A stretch of 64,000 bases of DNA from Burkholderiaceae bacterium (GCA_023954135.1 JAMLIN010000001.1:157852-221851); one strand, 5' to 3'. Shown: positions 45,969 through 56,768, counted from the stretch's first letter. The notes: generated by a model from the letters alone, not told the origin. A program made the numbers and translations.

Positions 45969-47306
45969 TCAGCGGCGCAGGGCTTCGAGAATCCTGCGCC
46001 CGGCGCGGCCGCTGCGGGGCCAGCCGAGCCGCTCTTCCTCCGCGGCGATGGCGGCGCGGCTGCGGCTGCCGATCAGGCCGTCCACCTCGCCGATGTCGTG
46101 GCCGCGCTCGATCAACAGCTTCTGCAGCTCGCGCCGTTCCGCCCGGCCGATGCCGGGGTCGTCGGTGGGCCAGTCGGCATGGAAGGCCGGGCCACCGCGC
46201 AACCGGTCCGCGAGATGCGCGATCGCTAGCGCATAGCTCTCGGCGGCGTTGTACGAATAGATCGCATCGAAATTGGGCAGCACCAGGAACGCCGGGGCCA
46301 GCGCGGAGCGCACATCGCGCTGCGCCGGCACGATCAGTCCGGCCCGGGTCTGCGCGGAGAGCTTCAGCGCAGCCGGATCGATGGCTTGTCCGTCCGGAAG
46401 CGTGACGCCACGAGAGATCCACTCTGATAGTGGGCGCTTGCTCCTGCGCCCGGTCACGCTGGTATTGAAATCATCCGGCAAGCCCACCTCGAAGCCCCAG
46501 GACTCTCCGCGGCGCCAGCCGGCTCGCCGCAGGAAGTTCGCGGTCGAGGCGAGCGCATCGGGCACCGAGCCGACGATGTCGCGGCGGCCATCACCATCGA
46601 AATCGATGGCCGTGCTCATGAAGGTGCTCGGCATGAACTGGGTCTGGCCGAAGGCGCCCGCCCAGGAGCCTACCAGCTGGCCCGGCTCGACATGACCTTC
46701 CTGGGCGATCCGCAGCAGGGTCAGGAACTCTTCCTGGAAATACGACTGTCGCCGGCCGAAGCAGGACAGGGTTGCCAGCGAACGGACCAGCGACAGTTTG
46801 CCGAAGTTGCGCCCGTAGTTGCTCTCGACCCCCCAGACCGCGACGACGGTCGCCGGGTCGACGCCGAAACGGCGCTCGACGGCCGCCAGCGTCGTCGCGT
46901 GCTCGGCCAGCATCGCCCGGCCGTCCTCGATCCGGTCGGTGTCGACCAGTGCGGCGAGATAGTCCCAGATGGGCGTGCGGAACTCGGGCTGGAAGTCGAG
47001 CGAGGCGAGCACCCCCCGATCGGGCTCGATACCGCCGAGCTGCGCGGCCCAGGTAGCGTCGCTGATGCCGCGCGAACGCGCGGTGGACTCGAGCCGGCCG
47101 AGGCAACGCGCGAACTGCGCCGGATCGGCGGGTGGGCGATCGTCCTGGACGGCCGCCGCACCGGTCGGAACCTTGGCGCTCGAGCCCGAGGCAGCCGGCG
47201 CGGCGGACAGTGTCGCGTCGGGCACGAGCAACGCGAGCGCAAGCGCGACAAGGCCGATCGATGCGAAGCGTCGGGCCGCACACGGCGGATACGGGCGTTT
47301 CGACAT
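45969..47306 (-). CDS. lytic murein transglycosylase (MltB family) with C-terminal peptidoglycan-binding domain
   Basis: Signal peptide. GSWAGAFGQTQFMPSTF...DFDGDGRRD is typical of MltB/Slt35. The C-terminal LQKLLIERGHDIGEVDGLIGSRSRAAI is a PG_binding_1-like repeat. Confidence 0.85.
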   Translation of the reverse strand: MSKRPYPPCAARRFASIGLVALALALLVPDATLSAAPAASGSSAKVPTGAAAVQDDRPPADPAQFARCLGRLESTARSRGISDATWAAQLGGIEPDRGVLASLDFQPEFRTPIWDYLAALVDTDRIEDGRAMLAEHATTLAAVERRFGVDPATVVAVWGVESNYGRNFGKLSLVRSLATLSCFGRRQSYFQEEFLTLLRIAQEGHVEPGQLVGSWAGAFGQTQFMPSTFMSTAIDFDGDGRRDIVGSVPDALASTANFLRRAGWRRGESWGFEVGLPDDFNTSVTGRRSKRPLSEWISRGVTLPDGQAIDPAALKLSAQTRAGLIVPAQRDVRSALAPAFLVLPNFDAIYSYNAAESYALAIAHLADRLRGGPAFHADWPTDDPGIGRAERRELQKLLIERGHDIGEVDGLIGSRSRAAIAAEEERLGWPRSGRAGRRILEALRR

Positions 47307-47383
47307 CGGTCCATTCTAGACTGCCGCGCATCGGGATCACGGCTTTCCCGACCATGGATAATCAACCGGAAAACACAGGAGAC

Positions 47384-48298
47384 ATGTCGATGAAGATCCT
47401 CGCCGAAGGACTGGAATTCCCCGAAGGCCCGGTGCTCGCACCCGACGGATCGCTACTGGTCGTCGAGATCCGGCGCGGCACCCTGACCCGGATCGACGCC
47501 CGGACGGGCAAGGCAACGATCGTCGCCCGCCCCGGCGGCGGCCCCAATGGCGCGGCGATCGGCCCGGACGGCGCCTGCTATGTCTGCAACAACGGCGGCT
47601 TCGAATGGCGCAGCCATGCCGGCATCCTGATGCCGGCCCTGGAGCCCGCCGACTACGGCGGCGGCCGCATCGAGCGCATCGACCTGGAGACGGGCCGCGT
47701 GGACGTGCTCTACGACCGGGTCGGCGAGCACCGGCTGCGCGGGCCGAACGACATCGTCTTCGATGCCCACGGCGGCTTCTGGTTCACCGACCTCGGCAAG
47801 ACCCGCCGCCGCGACGTCGACCGGGGCGGCATCTACTACGCGCGCGCCGACGGTTCCTCGATAACCGAAGTCGTCCATCCGGTCTCGCGGCCCAACGGCA
47901 TCGGCCTGTCGCCCGACGGCGGCACCCTCTATGTCGCGGAAACCGAGACCGGCCGGCTCTGGGCCTGGCGCATCACCGCCCCGGGCGAGCTCGCCCTCGA
48001 GCCCTTCCCGAGCCCGCATGGCGGCCGCCTGCTCTACTCGACGGACAGCTACCGTCTCTTCGATTCGCTCGCGGTCGAGGCCGGCGGCAACATCTGCGTC
48101 GCGACCCTGATGAGCGGCGGAATCTCGGTCTGCAGCCCGCAGGGCGGCCTCGTCGAGTTCGTTCCCTGCGACGATCCCTACACCACCAACATCTGCTTCG
48201 GCGGCACCGACATGCGCACGGCCTGGATCACGCTCTCGAGCCGAGGCCAGCTGGCGGAAGCGCCGTGGACGCGTCCCGGGCTGCGCCTCGCGCACTGA
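47384..48298 (+). CDS. SMP-30/gluconolactonase/LRE-family protein
   Basis: ATG at 47384 with AGGAG upstream. LEFPEGPV, GGPNGAAIGPDG, PNDIVFDAHGGFWFTD, PNGIGLSPDGGTLYVAET. Confidence 0.8.
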   Translation: MSMKILAEGLEFPEGPVLAPDGSLLVVEIRRGTLTRIDARTGKATIVARPGGGPNGAAIGPDGACYVCNNGGFEWRSHAGILMPALEPADYGGGRIERIDLETGRVDVLYDRVGEHRLRGPNDIVFDAHGGFWFTDLGKTRRRDVDRGGIYYARADGSSITEVVHPVSRPNGIGLSPDGGTLYVAETETGRLWAWRITAPGELALEPFPSPHGGRLLYSTDSYRLFDSLAVEAGGNICVATLMSGGISVCSPQGGLVEFVPCDDPYTTNICFGGTDMRTAWITLSSRGQLAEAPWTRPGLRLAH

Positions 48299-48335
48299 GG
48301 CGCCTCCCCGCGGCCGAAGGACGGGCTCGGCGCCG

Positions 48336-48371
48336 CTTACAAATCCTTACGACGCCGCGTCGGCACTTTAC
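48336..48371. promoter_or_regulatory. candidate OmpR/CpxR-type response-regulator boxes upstream of the cpxP/spy-like gene
   Basis: The bottom strand reads GTAAG-N5-GTAAG (48336-48350). A third GTAAAG lies at 48366-48371, 20 bp from the nearer repeat. This resembles the E. coli CpxR consensus GTAAA-N5-GTAAA. It sits 90-125 nt upstream of the ATG. Confidence 0.35.
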
Positions 48372-48459
48372 CCGCGGGGAATCGACCATTGCTCCCGAGC
48401 GCTCGATGCAGGGCGCGACCGAACGAGAGACCTCTCTCATTGCCCGAAGGAGCAAACAC

Positions 48460-48990
48460 ATGCAACGCAAATCGATTCGCCGCCTCGCCCTGGTCAGCGC
48501 CGTCGCCATCGCCGCCCCGCTTGCCGTCATGGCCCAGCCGGCCAGTGGCGACGGTCCCCGCGACCGCGGTCCCGGCGCCCACAAGGGCCACTTCCACAAG
48601 GGCCATCACGGTCACTTCCACGGTGGCGGCATGCACAGCGGCCACATGCTGCGCGGCCTCGACCTGACCGAAGCGCAGCGCGACAAGCTCTTCGAGCTGC
48701 GCCACGCCCAGGCGCCGAAGATGCGCGAGCTCGGCAAGACGCTGCGCAGCTCCCAGCGTGAACTGCGCCAGCTGTCGATGTCGGATTCGTTCGACGAGGC
48801 GAAGGCGAAGCAGCTCGCGGACACCGCCTCGCAGGCCGGCGCCGGCCTCGCGCTGCTGCGCGCCCAGCTACAGAACGAGACCTTCAGGATCCTGACGCCC
48901 GAGCAGCGCGAGAAACTCGCCAAGCGCGCCGAAATGCGCAAGCGCGGTGAGAAAGGTTTGCGCGGCAGCGGCGACGAAGCACGTAGCTAG
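48460..48990 (+). CDS. periplasmic Spy/CpxP/ZraP-family protein with His-rich N-terminal region
   Basis: ATG at 48460 with GAAGGAG upstream. Signal peptide, two LTxxQ motifs (LTEAQRDKL and LTPEQREKL), and the His-rich stretch HKGHFHKGHHGHFHGGGMHSGH. Confidence 0.75.
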   Translation: MQRKSIRRLALVSAVAIAAPLAVMAQPASGDGPRDRGPGAHKGHFHKGHHGHFHGGGMHSGHMLRGLDLTEAQRDKLFELRHAQAPKMRELGKTLRSSQRELRQLSMSDSFDEAKAKQLADTASQAGAGLALLRAQLQNETFRILTPEQREKLAKRAEMRKRGEKGLRGSGDEARS

Positions 48991-49039
48991 AGCCAGAGGC
49001 TATAGCGCAGTACCAGGTTCAGCAGAATCCCTCCCCCTC

Positions 49040-49065
49040 GGGCGCCTTCGGGCGCCCCTTTTTTT
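49040..49065 (+). terminator. rho-independent terminator
   Basis: GGGCGCC-TTCG-GGCGCCC followed by C and T7, located 50 nt after the cpxP-like stop. Confidence 0.65.
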
Positions 49066-49178
49066 CCGGTGCTCAAACGGGTTCGCATTCGATTGCAGAA
49101 CAAGGCGGGGCGCCGCAGACAGTGCGGTTGCACGGCAAGGCGCCCCAACGCGGTTATGCGATTGAATGCGAACCCGTA

Positions 49179-51209
49179 TCAGAGGTCGTAGGCGAGCCGG
49201 ACTCCCTGCTGGATGGCTCGCAGGGCATCGAGCTCCTCGGCATGGTCGGCGCCACCGATGGTGGTCGCCGCGATGCCGCGGGAACGCAGCTCCTGTTCCA
49301 GGGCCTTGTCGGGCAGCTGGCCGGCGCAGATCACCACGTTGTCGGCGGCGAATACCTTGCGCTCTCCGTCCACCGAGTAGTGCAGCCCTTCATCGTCGAT
49401 CTTCTCGTACGTGACGCCGGCAACGGCGCCGGCCCCGCGCCCGAGCAGGCGATTGCGCAGGATCCATCCCGTCGAGACGCCAAGGCCCTTGCCGGGCCGG
49501 GACGGCCGGCGCTGGAAGAGCGTGACCTCCCTCGGCGAGCGCGACGGCTGCGGCTCCCGCAAGCCCCCTGGCGTGGCGATCGTGGGGTCGACGCCGTATT
49601 CCTTCAGGAAATGCTCGACCGGATCCTCCGTCGAATGATCGTGCGTCAGGAACTCCGCGACGTCGTATCCGATACCCCCGGCACCGATGATCGCCACTCT
49701 CCTGCCGACGCTCACCCGGTCGAGCAGGACATCGATGTATCGCAGGACACTCGGGTGATCGATGCCCTCGATGTCGGGGTGTCGCGGAAGGATGCCGGTC
49801 GCGATGACGATATGGTCGAAGCCTTCCGCGGCCAGCAAATCGGCGGTCGCGCGGGTTCCGAGGCGCACGTCGACCTCGTTGCGTTCGATCTGCCGGGAGA
49901 AGTACCGCAACATCTCGTTGAACTCGGTCTTGCCGGGCACGCGCCGGGCGAGGTGGATCTGGCCCCCGAGCTCGGTTTGCTCTTCGAACAGCGTGACCTC
50001 GTGACCCCTTGCCGCGGCGGTTGCCGCCGTCGCCATGCCGGCCGGACCCGAACCGACCACGGCGATCCGCTTCGGATTCGCGGGCAGCGCCGGATCGAAC
50101 TCGATCTCCCTGCCGGCCAGAGGATTGACGAGACACGTCGCCGTGCGGTCCGAGAAGATGAAATCGAGGCAGGCCTGGTTGCACGCTATGCAGGTATTGA
50201 TGTCGTCGGGCCGGCCTTGCGCGGCCTTTCTGACGAAATCGGGATCGGCAAGCATCGGCCGGGCCATCGACACGAAGTCGCAGGAACCCTCGGCCAACAG
50301 CTGCTCGGCCAGTTCCGGCATGTTCACCCGGTTGGAGGCGACCACCGGAATCGAGATCGCGTTCTTCAGCCGCTTGACGGCAAAGGCGAATGCCGCGCGC
50401 GGAACGCTGAACGCGATCGTCGGAACGCGCGCCTCGTGCCAGCCGATGCCCGTATTGAGAATGTCCGCCCCGGCCGCCTCGACGGCCGCCGCGAGCCGAT
50501 CGATCTCCGCGGCCGTCGACCCGCCTTCGACGAGATCGAGCGCCGAGATGCGATACATCAGCAGCAGGTCGGGGCCCGCCGCCCCCCGCACCCGCCGCAC
50601 GATCTCGACCGGGAAGCGTTGCCTGTTCTCCGCGCTGCCGCCCCACTGGTCGGTCCGGTTGTTGGTGCGAGCCGCGGTGAACTGGTTGATCAGGTACCCC
50701 TCGGAGCCCATGATCTCGACCCCGTCGTAGCCCGCCTTCCTTGCCTGCAATGCCGCGGTGACGTAGTCGTCGATGGTCTGCTCGATTTCCGCATCGGTCA
50801 GCGGGCGCGGTGTTCTCGGGTTGATGGGCGAGCGGATGTTCGATACGCCGACGACATCGTCATGCTTGGCATAGCGTCCGGAATGCAGTATCTGCATGAG
50901 GATCTTGCCGCCGTGCCGATGGATTTCGTCCACGACGGCGCGATGCGGAGCCAGGTCGGAATTCGCGTCCATCACCGGTCCGCCGGGCTCGATCATCCCG
51001 GCCGCGTTCGGCGAGAAGCCGCCGGTGATGATGAGCGCGGTGCCCCCCGCCGCGCGCGCGCCATAGAAAGCGCGTTGCCGCTGATCGGCACGGTCTTCGT
51101 GCTCCAGGCGCGTATGCATCGACCCCATGATGATGCGGTTGCGAAGCGTATGCGTTCCGACCCGCATGGGTGACAACATCCTCGGAAACATGGTCTGGCC
51201 AGCGGACAT
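49179..51209 (-). CDS. fadH: NADPH-dependent 2,4-dienoyl-CoA reductase
   Basis: ATG at 51209 with AAGGAGA upstream. OYE-like TIM barrel (RNRIIMGSMHT, GYDGVEIMGSEGYLINQF), a Cys cluster CIACNQAC, then two Rossmann GxGxxG domains. This is the FadH architecture. Confidence 0.9.
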   Translation of the reverse strand: MSAGQTMFPRMLSPMRVGTHTLRNRIIMGSMHTRLEHEDRADQRQRAFYGARAAGGTALIITGGFSPNAAGMIEPGGPVMDANSDLAPHRAVVDEIHRHGGKILMQILHSGRYAKHDDVVGVSNIRSPINPRTPRPLTDAEIEQTIDDYVTAALQARKAGYDGVEIMGSEGYLINQFTAARTNNRTDQWGGSAENRQRFPVEIVRRVRGAAGPDLLLMYRISALDLVEGGSTAAEIDRLAAAVEAAGADILNTGIGWHEARVPTIAFSVPRAAFAFAVKRLKNAISIPVVASNRVNMPELAEQLLAEGSCDFVSMARPMLADPDFVRKAAQGRPDDINTCIACNQACLDFIFSDRTATCLVNPLAGREIEFDPALPANPKRIAVVGSGPAGMATAATAAARGHEVTLFEEQTELGGQIHLARRVPGKTEFNEMLRYFSRQIERNEVDVRLGTRATADLLAAEGFDHIVIATGILPRHPDIEGIDHPSVLRYIDVLLDRVSVGRRVAIIGAGGIGYDVAEFLTHDHSTEDPVEHFLKEYGVDPTIATPGGLREPQPSRSPREVTLFQRRPSRPGKGLGVSTGWILRNRLLGRGAGAVAGVTYEKIDDEGLHYSVDGERKVFAADNVVICAGQLPDKALEQELRSRGIAATTIGGADHAEELDALRAIQQGVRLAYDL

Positions 51210-51282
51210 CGCGTCTCCTTCGTGATTCCCACCCGGCCCTCGCGCCCGGGGATGGCGGTGCACATGCCGATGATGGCATGCG

Positions 51283-52026
51283 TCAGGTCAGGTTCAGGCC
51301 CCCGTCGCAGAGCAGCACCTCGCCCGTGAGGTAGTCCGATGCGACCAGCGTCATGACGGCCTGGGCGATGTCGTCCGGACTGGCCGCCCGCCGCATCGGG
51401 GCATGTTCCCTCCAGAGCCGCTGGGCCTCGGTCCAGTCCGCCGTCATGGGCGTATCCACCAGGCCCGGCGCCACGGCATTGACCCGGATGTCCGGCGCGA
51501 GCGAGAGCGCCAGCAACCGGGTGACGTGGTTCAGTGCCGCCTTGGTCGCGGCGTAGGGAATCGATGCGCCCTTGGGACGGATGCCGGCATGGGAGCTGAT
51601 GTTGACGACGCACCCGGGTCGGCGTCGTCGCGCCACCTCGCGCAGTGCGGACTCGGCTTCCGCGACGAGGCGAAACGGCGCCACGACGTTGACCTCGTGC
51701 AGCTCCCGCCAGATCGCCGGCGTTGCCGCCGCAAGATCCGCATGGGGTATGACCCGGCTGATCCCCGCGTTGTTGACCAGCACGTCGAGGCGGCCCCATG
51801 CACCCACGGCTTCGCGAATGAGTCTCACTCTGTCCGCGTCATCGGCGAGGTCGGCCTGGACGTAACTTGCCGTTCCGAGATCGGCGGCGAGCGCGTGCCC
51901 CGCTTCCACCGAACTGCGCGAGTGCAGGACGATCGCGAATCCTTCGCGCGAGAGTCGCCGCGCGATGGCGGCGCCGACGCCGGAAGTCGAGCCCGTGACG
52001 AGTGCGACGGGGGACAGGGTCTTCAT
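51283..52026 (-). CDS. SDR-family oxidoreductase
   Basis: ATG at 52026. VALVTGSTSGVGAAIA, NNAG, YAATKAAL. Confidence 0.85.
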   Translation of the reverse strand: MKTLSPVALVTGSTSGVGAAIARRLSREGFAIVLHSRSSVEAGHALAADLGTASYVQADLADDADRVRLIREAVGAWGRLDVLVNNAGISRVIPHADLAAATPAIWRELHEVNVVAPFRLVAEAESALREVARRRRPGCVVNISSHAGIRPKGASIPYAATKAALNHVTRLLALSLAPDIRVNAVAPGLVDTPMTADWTEAQRLWREHAPMRRAASPDDIAQAVMTLVASDYLTGEVLLCDGGLNLT

Positions 52027-52086
52027 GCTTTGCTCTTGGGACGCCTCGGTCCCATACTTTGCCAGAACGACGCAGGAGAGCGATCC

Positions 52087-52662
52087 ATGGGCTGGCTGAT
52101 ACTGGGACTGGTGCTGTTCTTCGGCCCGCATTCCGTGCGGATCTTCGCCGACGACTGGCGCAGCGCGATGATCGGGCGGATCGGCGTGCCGGCATGGAAG
52201 GGCATCTACACGCTGGTCTCCATCATCGGCCTGGTGCTGATCGTCCATGGCTACGGCATCGCCCGTGCCGATCCGACGCTGCTCTGGACGCCGCCGGCCT
52301 GGGGCAGGCATGCCACCGCCCTGTTGAGCCTGGTCGCCTTCGTGCTGGTGGCGGCCGCCTACGTGCCCGGCACCCATATCCGCGAGCGGCTCGGCCACCC
52401 GATGCTCGCCGGGGTCAAGGCCTGGGCGCTGGGTCACCTCCTGTCGAACGGCACCCTGGCCGACCTCATCCTGTTCGGCGTCTTCCTGGTGTGGGCCATA
52501 GCCCACTTCGCGGTATCGCGGCGACGCGACCGGACCGAGGGCCGGGTCCGTCCGGCGGCGGGCTGGAGCCGCGATGCCATCGCGATCGTGGCCGGCATCG
52601 TGGCGACCGGCGTCTTCGCGATGTGGCTGCATGTGCCCCTGATCGGGGTCCGGCCCTTTTAG
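52087..52662 (+). CDS. NnrU-family membrane protein
   Basis: ATG at 52087. MGWLILGLVLFFGPHSVRIF...GHPMLAGVKAWALGHLLSNG is typical of NnrU. Confidence 0.7.
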   Translation: MGWLILGLVLFFGPHSVRIFADDWRSAMIGRIGVPAWKGIYTLVSIIGLVLIVHGYGIARADPTLLWTPPAWGRHATALLSLVAFVLVAAAYVPGTHIRERLGHPMLAGVKAWALGHLLSNGTLADLILFGVFLVWAIAHFAVSRRRDRTEGRVRPAAGWSRDAIAIVAGIVATGVFAMWLHVPLIGVRPF

Positions 52663-52671
52663 GCCTCTGCC

Positions 52672-52694
52672 GAAACGGGGTCCGGCCCCGTTTC
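52672..52694. terminator. hairpin between convergent nnrU-like and aapP-like genes
   Basis: GAAACGGGG-TCCGG-CCCCGTTTC, a perfect 9-bp stem followed by a C/T-rich run. Confidence 0.45.
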
Positions 52695-52704
52695 CTCTCT
52701 TTCC

Positions 52705-53445
52705 TCAATGCGCGAGGATCTGGCCGAGGAAGCGCCGGGTGCGCTCGTGCTCCGGCGCCGAGAAGAACCGTGACGGCGGAGCGACCTCGACGATCTCGCC
52801 CTCGTCCATGAAGACGACGCGATCGGCGACGGCGCGGGCGAAGCCCATTTCGTGGGTGACGACGATCATGGTCATCCCGTCGTCGGCGAGCGTCACCATG
52901 GTGTCGAGCACTTCCTTGACCATCTCGGGGTCCAGCGCCGAGGTCGGTTCGTCGAAGAGCATGATCGACGGCTCCATGCACAGGGCACGGGCGATGGCGG
53001 CGCGCTGCTGCTGGCCGCCGGAGAGCTGGCCGGGATACTTGCCGGCCTGGTCCGCGATGCGCACCCGCTCGAGCAGCGTCATGGCCCGCGCATCGGCGTC
53101 GCGTCGCGGCAGGTGCCGGACCCAGACCGGCGCCAGGGTGCAGTTCTCCAGCACCGTGAGGTGCGGGAACAGGTTGAACTGCTGGAAGACCATGCCGACG
53201 CGCGCACGGATCGTATCGATGTTGCGCAGGTCGTCGTCGAGCTCGACGCCCTCGACGAGGATACGACCGCGTTCATGCACCTCGAGCCGGTTGATGCAGC
53301 GGATCAGCGTCGACTTGCCCGAGCCCGAGGGGCCGCAGACCACGATCCGCTCGCCGCGAGCCACCTCGAGATCGACCGAGCGCAGCGCCTGGAAGTCGCC
53401 GAACCACTTTTCCAGCCCCCGGATGGAAACCGCCGGCGCATCCAT
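52705..53445 (-). CDS. aapP: polar amino-acid ABC transporter ATP-binding protein
   Basis: Walker [38 protein letters not shown]. The start overlaps the permease stop. Confidence 0.9.
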   Translation of the reverse strand: MDAPAVSIRGLEKWFGDFQALRSVDLEVARGERIVVCGPSGSGKSTLIRCINRLEVHERGRILVEGVELDDDLRNIDTIRARVGMVFQQFNLFPHLTVLENCTLAPVWVRHLPRRDADARAMTLLERVRIADQAGKYPGQLSGGQQQRAAIARALCMEPSIMLFDEPTSALDPEMVKEVLDTMVTLADDGMTMIVVTHEMGFARAVADRVVFMDEGEIVEVAPPSRFFSAPEHERTRRFLGQILAH

Positions 53446-54581
53446 CAGCGGGCCTGCGTCGAACGTTGCTCCAGCCAGCGGCTGTAGCGTGACATCGCGT
53501 AGCAACCGATCCAGTAGACCAGCATCGAGAACAACAGCGCCTCCATGAAGTACTTCTTCCATGCGACATCGGTCTCGACCGACTTCTTGACCGCATAGGT
53601 GAAATCGAAGATGGCGATCACCATCACCAGCGAAGTGTCCTTGAAAAGGGCGATGAAGCTGTTGACGATCGGCGGGATCGCGATGCGCAGGGCCTGCGGC
53701 AGGATCACCAGGCCCATCATCCGCCAGTAGGGCAGGCCGAGCGCCCGCGCCGCCTCGTACTGGCCCTTCGGGACCGCCTGCAGCCCGCCGCGGATCACCT
53801 CGGCCAGGTAGGCGGCCACGAACACGATGATCGCGACCTGCGCCCGCAGCAGCTGGTCGACGGCGAAGCCGGCCGGCATGAACAGCGCGAACATCACGCT
53901 CGCCATGAAGAGCACCGTGATCAGCGGAACCCCGCGCACCACCTCGATCCAGGTGATCGACAGCGCCCGCAGCACCGGCAGGCCGGAGCGCCTGCCGAGC
54001 GCGAGCAGGAGCGCGAGCGGAAACGCGAAACCGATGCCGTAGATGGTGAGCATGAGCGTCACCGGCAGCCCGCCCCACTGGCTCGCGGGCACGGTGGCCA
54101 GGCCGAGGCCGCCGCCCATCAGCCAGAACGCGAGCAGGCTGCCGGCGACCCAGATCGCCGGCAGCGCCGCGTTCCACATCCTCGGCCAGGCCGAGAGCAC
54201 CGGCAGCGCGATGAGAACCCCGATCGCGAGCCCCGGACGCCACTGCTCCCCGTACGGATAGGTGGCGAACATCATCACCCGGAACTTCTCCCAGACCACC
54301 GCCCAGCAGGCACCCTGCCCGCGCACCGCCTCGCAGGCGGCCGCCGGTTGCGGCCCCCAGACGGCATCGAGGACAAGCCAGTCCAGCAGGCGGGGCGCCA
54401 CGACGGCGATCGCCGCGACGAGCGCGAGCGTCAGCACGGCATCGCGGCGATTGGCGAAGAAAGCCTGACGGATCCGCGCCAGCGCGCCGGCCTGCGGTGG
54501 CCGGGACGATCGCGCCGCGCGCGGCGCCGGATCCGCGGTGGATGCGGTTCGGGAAGGCGCGGGAGACAGGGGCGGGCTCAT
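53445..54581 (-). CDS. aapM: amino-acid ABC transporter permease (AapM-like)
   Basis: ATG at 54581 overlaps the aapQ stop. Long N-terminal extension plus the HisM/GlnP-type EAA loop [10 protein letters not shown]. Confidence 0.85.
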   Translation of the reverse strand: MSPPLSPAPSRTASTADPAPRAARSSRPPQAGALARIRQAFFANRRDAVLTLALVAAIAVVAPRLLDWLVLDAVWGPQPAAACEAVRGQGACWAVVWEKFRVMMFATYPYGEQWRPGLAIGVLIALPVLSAWPRMWNAALPAIWVAGSLLAFWLMGGGLGLATVPASQWGGLPVTLMLTIYGIGFAFPLALLLALGRRSGLPVLRALSITWIEVVRGVPLITVLFMASVMFALFMPAGFAVDQLLRAQVAIIVFVAAYLAEVIRGGLQAVPKGQYEAARALGLPYWRMMGLVILPQALRIAIPPIVNSFIALFKDTSLVMVIAIFDFTYAVKKSVETDVAWKKYFMEALLFSMLVYWIGCYAMSRYSRWLEQRSTQAR

Positions 54582-55723
54582 CGCTCGACGAGGCGGGTCC
54601 GCGCCTCGAACAGGTTCATCGCGAACGCGATCGCGAGGCTGATGGTGAGGTATACCGCCATCACGATCACCATCGCCTCGATCGCCTGCCCGGTCTGGTT
54701 CATCGTGGTGTTGGCGACCGAGACGAGATCCGGATAGCCGATCGCCACGGCGAGCGAGGAGTTCTTCGTCAGGTTGAGATACTGGTTCGTCAGCGGCGGG
54801 ACGATCACGCGCAGCGCCTGCGGCATCACCACGAGGCGCAGCCGCTGGCCGGCCGACAGGCCGAGCGCCTTGGCGGCATCGACCTGGCCCCGGTCGACCG
54901 ACTGCAGCCCCGCACGCACCACTTCGGCGATGAAGCCCGCCGTATAGGTGGACAGGCCGATCACGAGCGCGGCGAACTCCGGCGACACCGCGATGCCGCC
55001 GCGGTAGTCGAAGCCGCGCAGCATCGGGTACTCGATCGCGAGCGGCGCCCCGGCCAGGCCCCATGCCACCACCGGCAAGCCGACGATCAGGCCTGTGGCG
55101 ACGGCGAGCACCGGCGGCGCGCTGCCGGTGTCACGCCGACGCCGCTCGGCGTGGCGGCGCCAGGCGAAGGCGAGGACGATCGCGAGGAGCAGCGCGAGCC
55201 CGGCGGCGAGCCAGCCGGCGTGCGCCTGCGGCCAGGCGAAGCGCAGCCCGCGCTGGCTCATCACCACCACCCCGCCGAGCGAGATCGCCTGGCGCACCGG
55301 CGGCAGCCATTCGGTGAGGATTCCGTACCAGACGAAGAGCTGCAGCAGCAGCGGCACGTTGCGCACCGCTTCGACGTAGGCGCCTGCCAGGCCGGCGAGC
55401 AGGCGGTTGCCGGCGAGCCGGGCCACCCCGATCGCGGTGCCGAGCAGGGTCGCCGCGATGATGCCGATCACCGAGACGATCAGGGTGTTGGCAAGGCCAG
55501 TGACGAGCGCCCGCGCATAGGTGTCGCCCGGCGAATACGGCACCGGGGTCTGGGCGATCGCGAAGCCGGCCTCCTGGCCGAGGAAGCCGAAGCCGACCTG
55601 GATGCCGCGCGCCGCGAGGTTGTCGAGGGTATTGCCGACGAGCCAGGCGACCGCGCAGGCGACCGCCGCGAGCAGGGCGGCCTGCCAGATCCAGCCGCGC
55701 AGGCGTTCGCTGCGCAGGTTCAT
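54578..55723 (-). CDS. aapQ: amino-acid ABC transporter permease (AapQ-like)
   Basis: Polytopic permease with the [15 protein letters not shown] loop. About 380 aa, as in AapQ. Confidence 0.85.
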   Translation of the reverse strand: MNLRSERLRGWIWQAALLAAVACAVAWLVGNTLDNLAARGIQVGFGFLGQEAGFAIAQTPVPYSPGDTYARALVTGLANTLIVSVIGIIAATLLGTAIGVARLAGNRLLAGLAGAYVEAVRNVPLLLQLFVWYGILTEWLPPVRQAISLGGVVVMSQRGLRFAWPQAHAGWLAAGLALLLAIVLAFAWRRHAERRRRDTGSAPPVLAVATGLIVGLPVVAWGLAGAPLAIEYPMLRGFDYRGGIAVSPEFAALVIGLSTYTAGFIAEVVRAGLQSVDRGQVDAAKALGLSAGQRLRLVVMPQALRVIVPPLTNQYLNLTKNSSLAVAIGYPDLVSVANTTMNQTGQAIEAMVIVMAVYLTISLAIAFAMNLFEARTRLVER

Positions 55724-55754
55724 CCGCGGCCCCGGCGAGCCCGTGCCGGCACCC

Positions 55755-56768
55755 TCAGCGAATCGGCGGAGGGTACATCAGCCCGCCGTTCGTCCATAGC
55801 GCGTTCTGGCCGCGCGGAATGCCCAGCGGCGCGATGTGGCGCTCGTACATCTCGCCGTAGTTGCCGACCGCTTCGACCGCGCGCACCAGCCAGTCCGGCT
55901 CGAGGCCGAGGCCCTTGCCGATCTCGCCGCTCGCCCCGAGCATGCGTTGCACCGACGGCGACTTGTTCTCGGCGCGCTGCTGCGCGGCGTTGGCGCTCGT
56001 GATGCCGTATTCCTCGGCCTCGATCAGCCCGAACAGGGTCCAGCGCACGATCGTGAAGAACTCCCAGTCGTCGCGCCGCACGACCGGCCCGAGCGGCTCC
56101 TTGGAGATCGCCTCGGGAAGGATCACGTAGTCGTCGGGCTTGTCGGCACTCTGGCGGGTGGAGGCGAGCCCCGAGATGTCGGTGGTGAAGACGTCGCAGC
56201 GGCCGGCGAAGAAGGCCTGCTGGATCTGCGAGAGCTCGCTGATGACCACCGGCTTGAACTGCATCGACTGGCTGCGGAACCAGTCGGTGAGATTCAGCTC
56301 GGTGGTGGTGCCCGGCAATACGCAGACCGTCGCCCCGTCGAGCTCGCGCGCACTCGTCACCCCGATCGACTTCGGCACCATGAAGCCCTGGCCATCGTAG
56401 AAGAGCGTGCCCGGGAACACCAGCCCGAGGGCCGAATCGCGCGATGCCGTCCAGGTGGTGTTGCGCGACAGGATGTCGACCTCGCCCGATTGCAGCATGG
56501 TGAAGCGGTTCTGGGTGTTCGACGGGCGGAAGTCGACCTTGTCCCGATCGCCGAGGATGACGGCGGCGAGCGCGCGGCAGAAATCGGCATCGATGCCGCT
56601 CCAGCGCCCCTGGCTGTCGGGGGCCGCAAAGCCCTGCAGCCCGGAGTTGACCGCGCAGCGCAGGCTGCCGCGCGCCTTGACGGCGTCGAGTGTGGGGCCG
56701 GCATGCGCGGTCCCGGCGACGAGCAGGGCCGTGGCAAGCCCGGCGAGCAGCATGTGGATCATGGGCAT
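55755..56768 (-). CDS. aapJ: general L-amino-acid ABC transporter substrate-binding protein (AapJ-like)
   Basis: Signal peptide. LDAVKARGSLRCAVNSGLQGFA...GIDADFCRA...DILSRNTTWT is typical of AapJ/BztA. Confidence 0.85.
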   Translation of the reverse strand: MPMIHMLLAGLATALLVAGTAHAGPTLDAVKARGSLRCAVNSGLQGFAAPDSQGRWSGIDADFCRALAAVILGDRDKVDFRPSNTQNRFTMLQSGEVDILSRNTTWTASRDSALGLVFPGTLFYDGQGFMVPKSIGVTSARELDGATVCVLPGTTTELNLTDWFRSQSMQFKPVVISELSQIQQAFFAGRCDVFTTDISGLASTRQSADKPDDYVILPEAISKEPLGPVVRRDDWEFFTIVRWTLFGLIEAEEYGITSANAAQQRAENKSPSVQRMLGASGEIGKGLGLEPDWLVRAVEAVGNYGEMYERHIAPLGIPRGQNALWTNGGLMYPPPIR

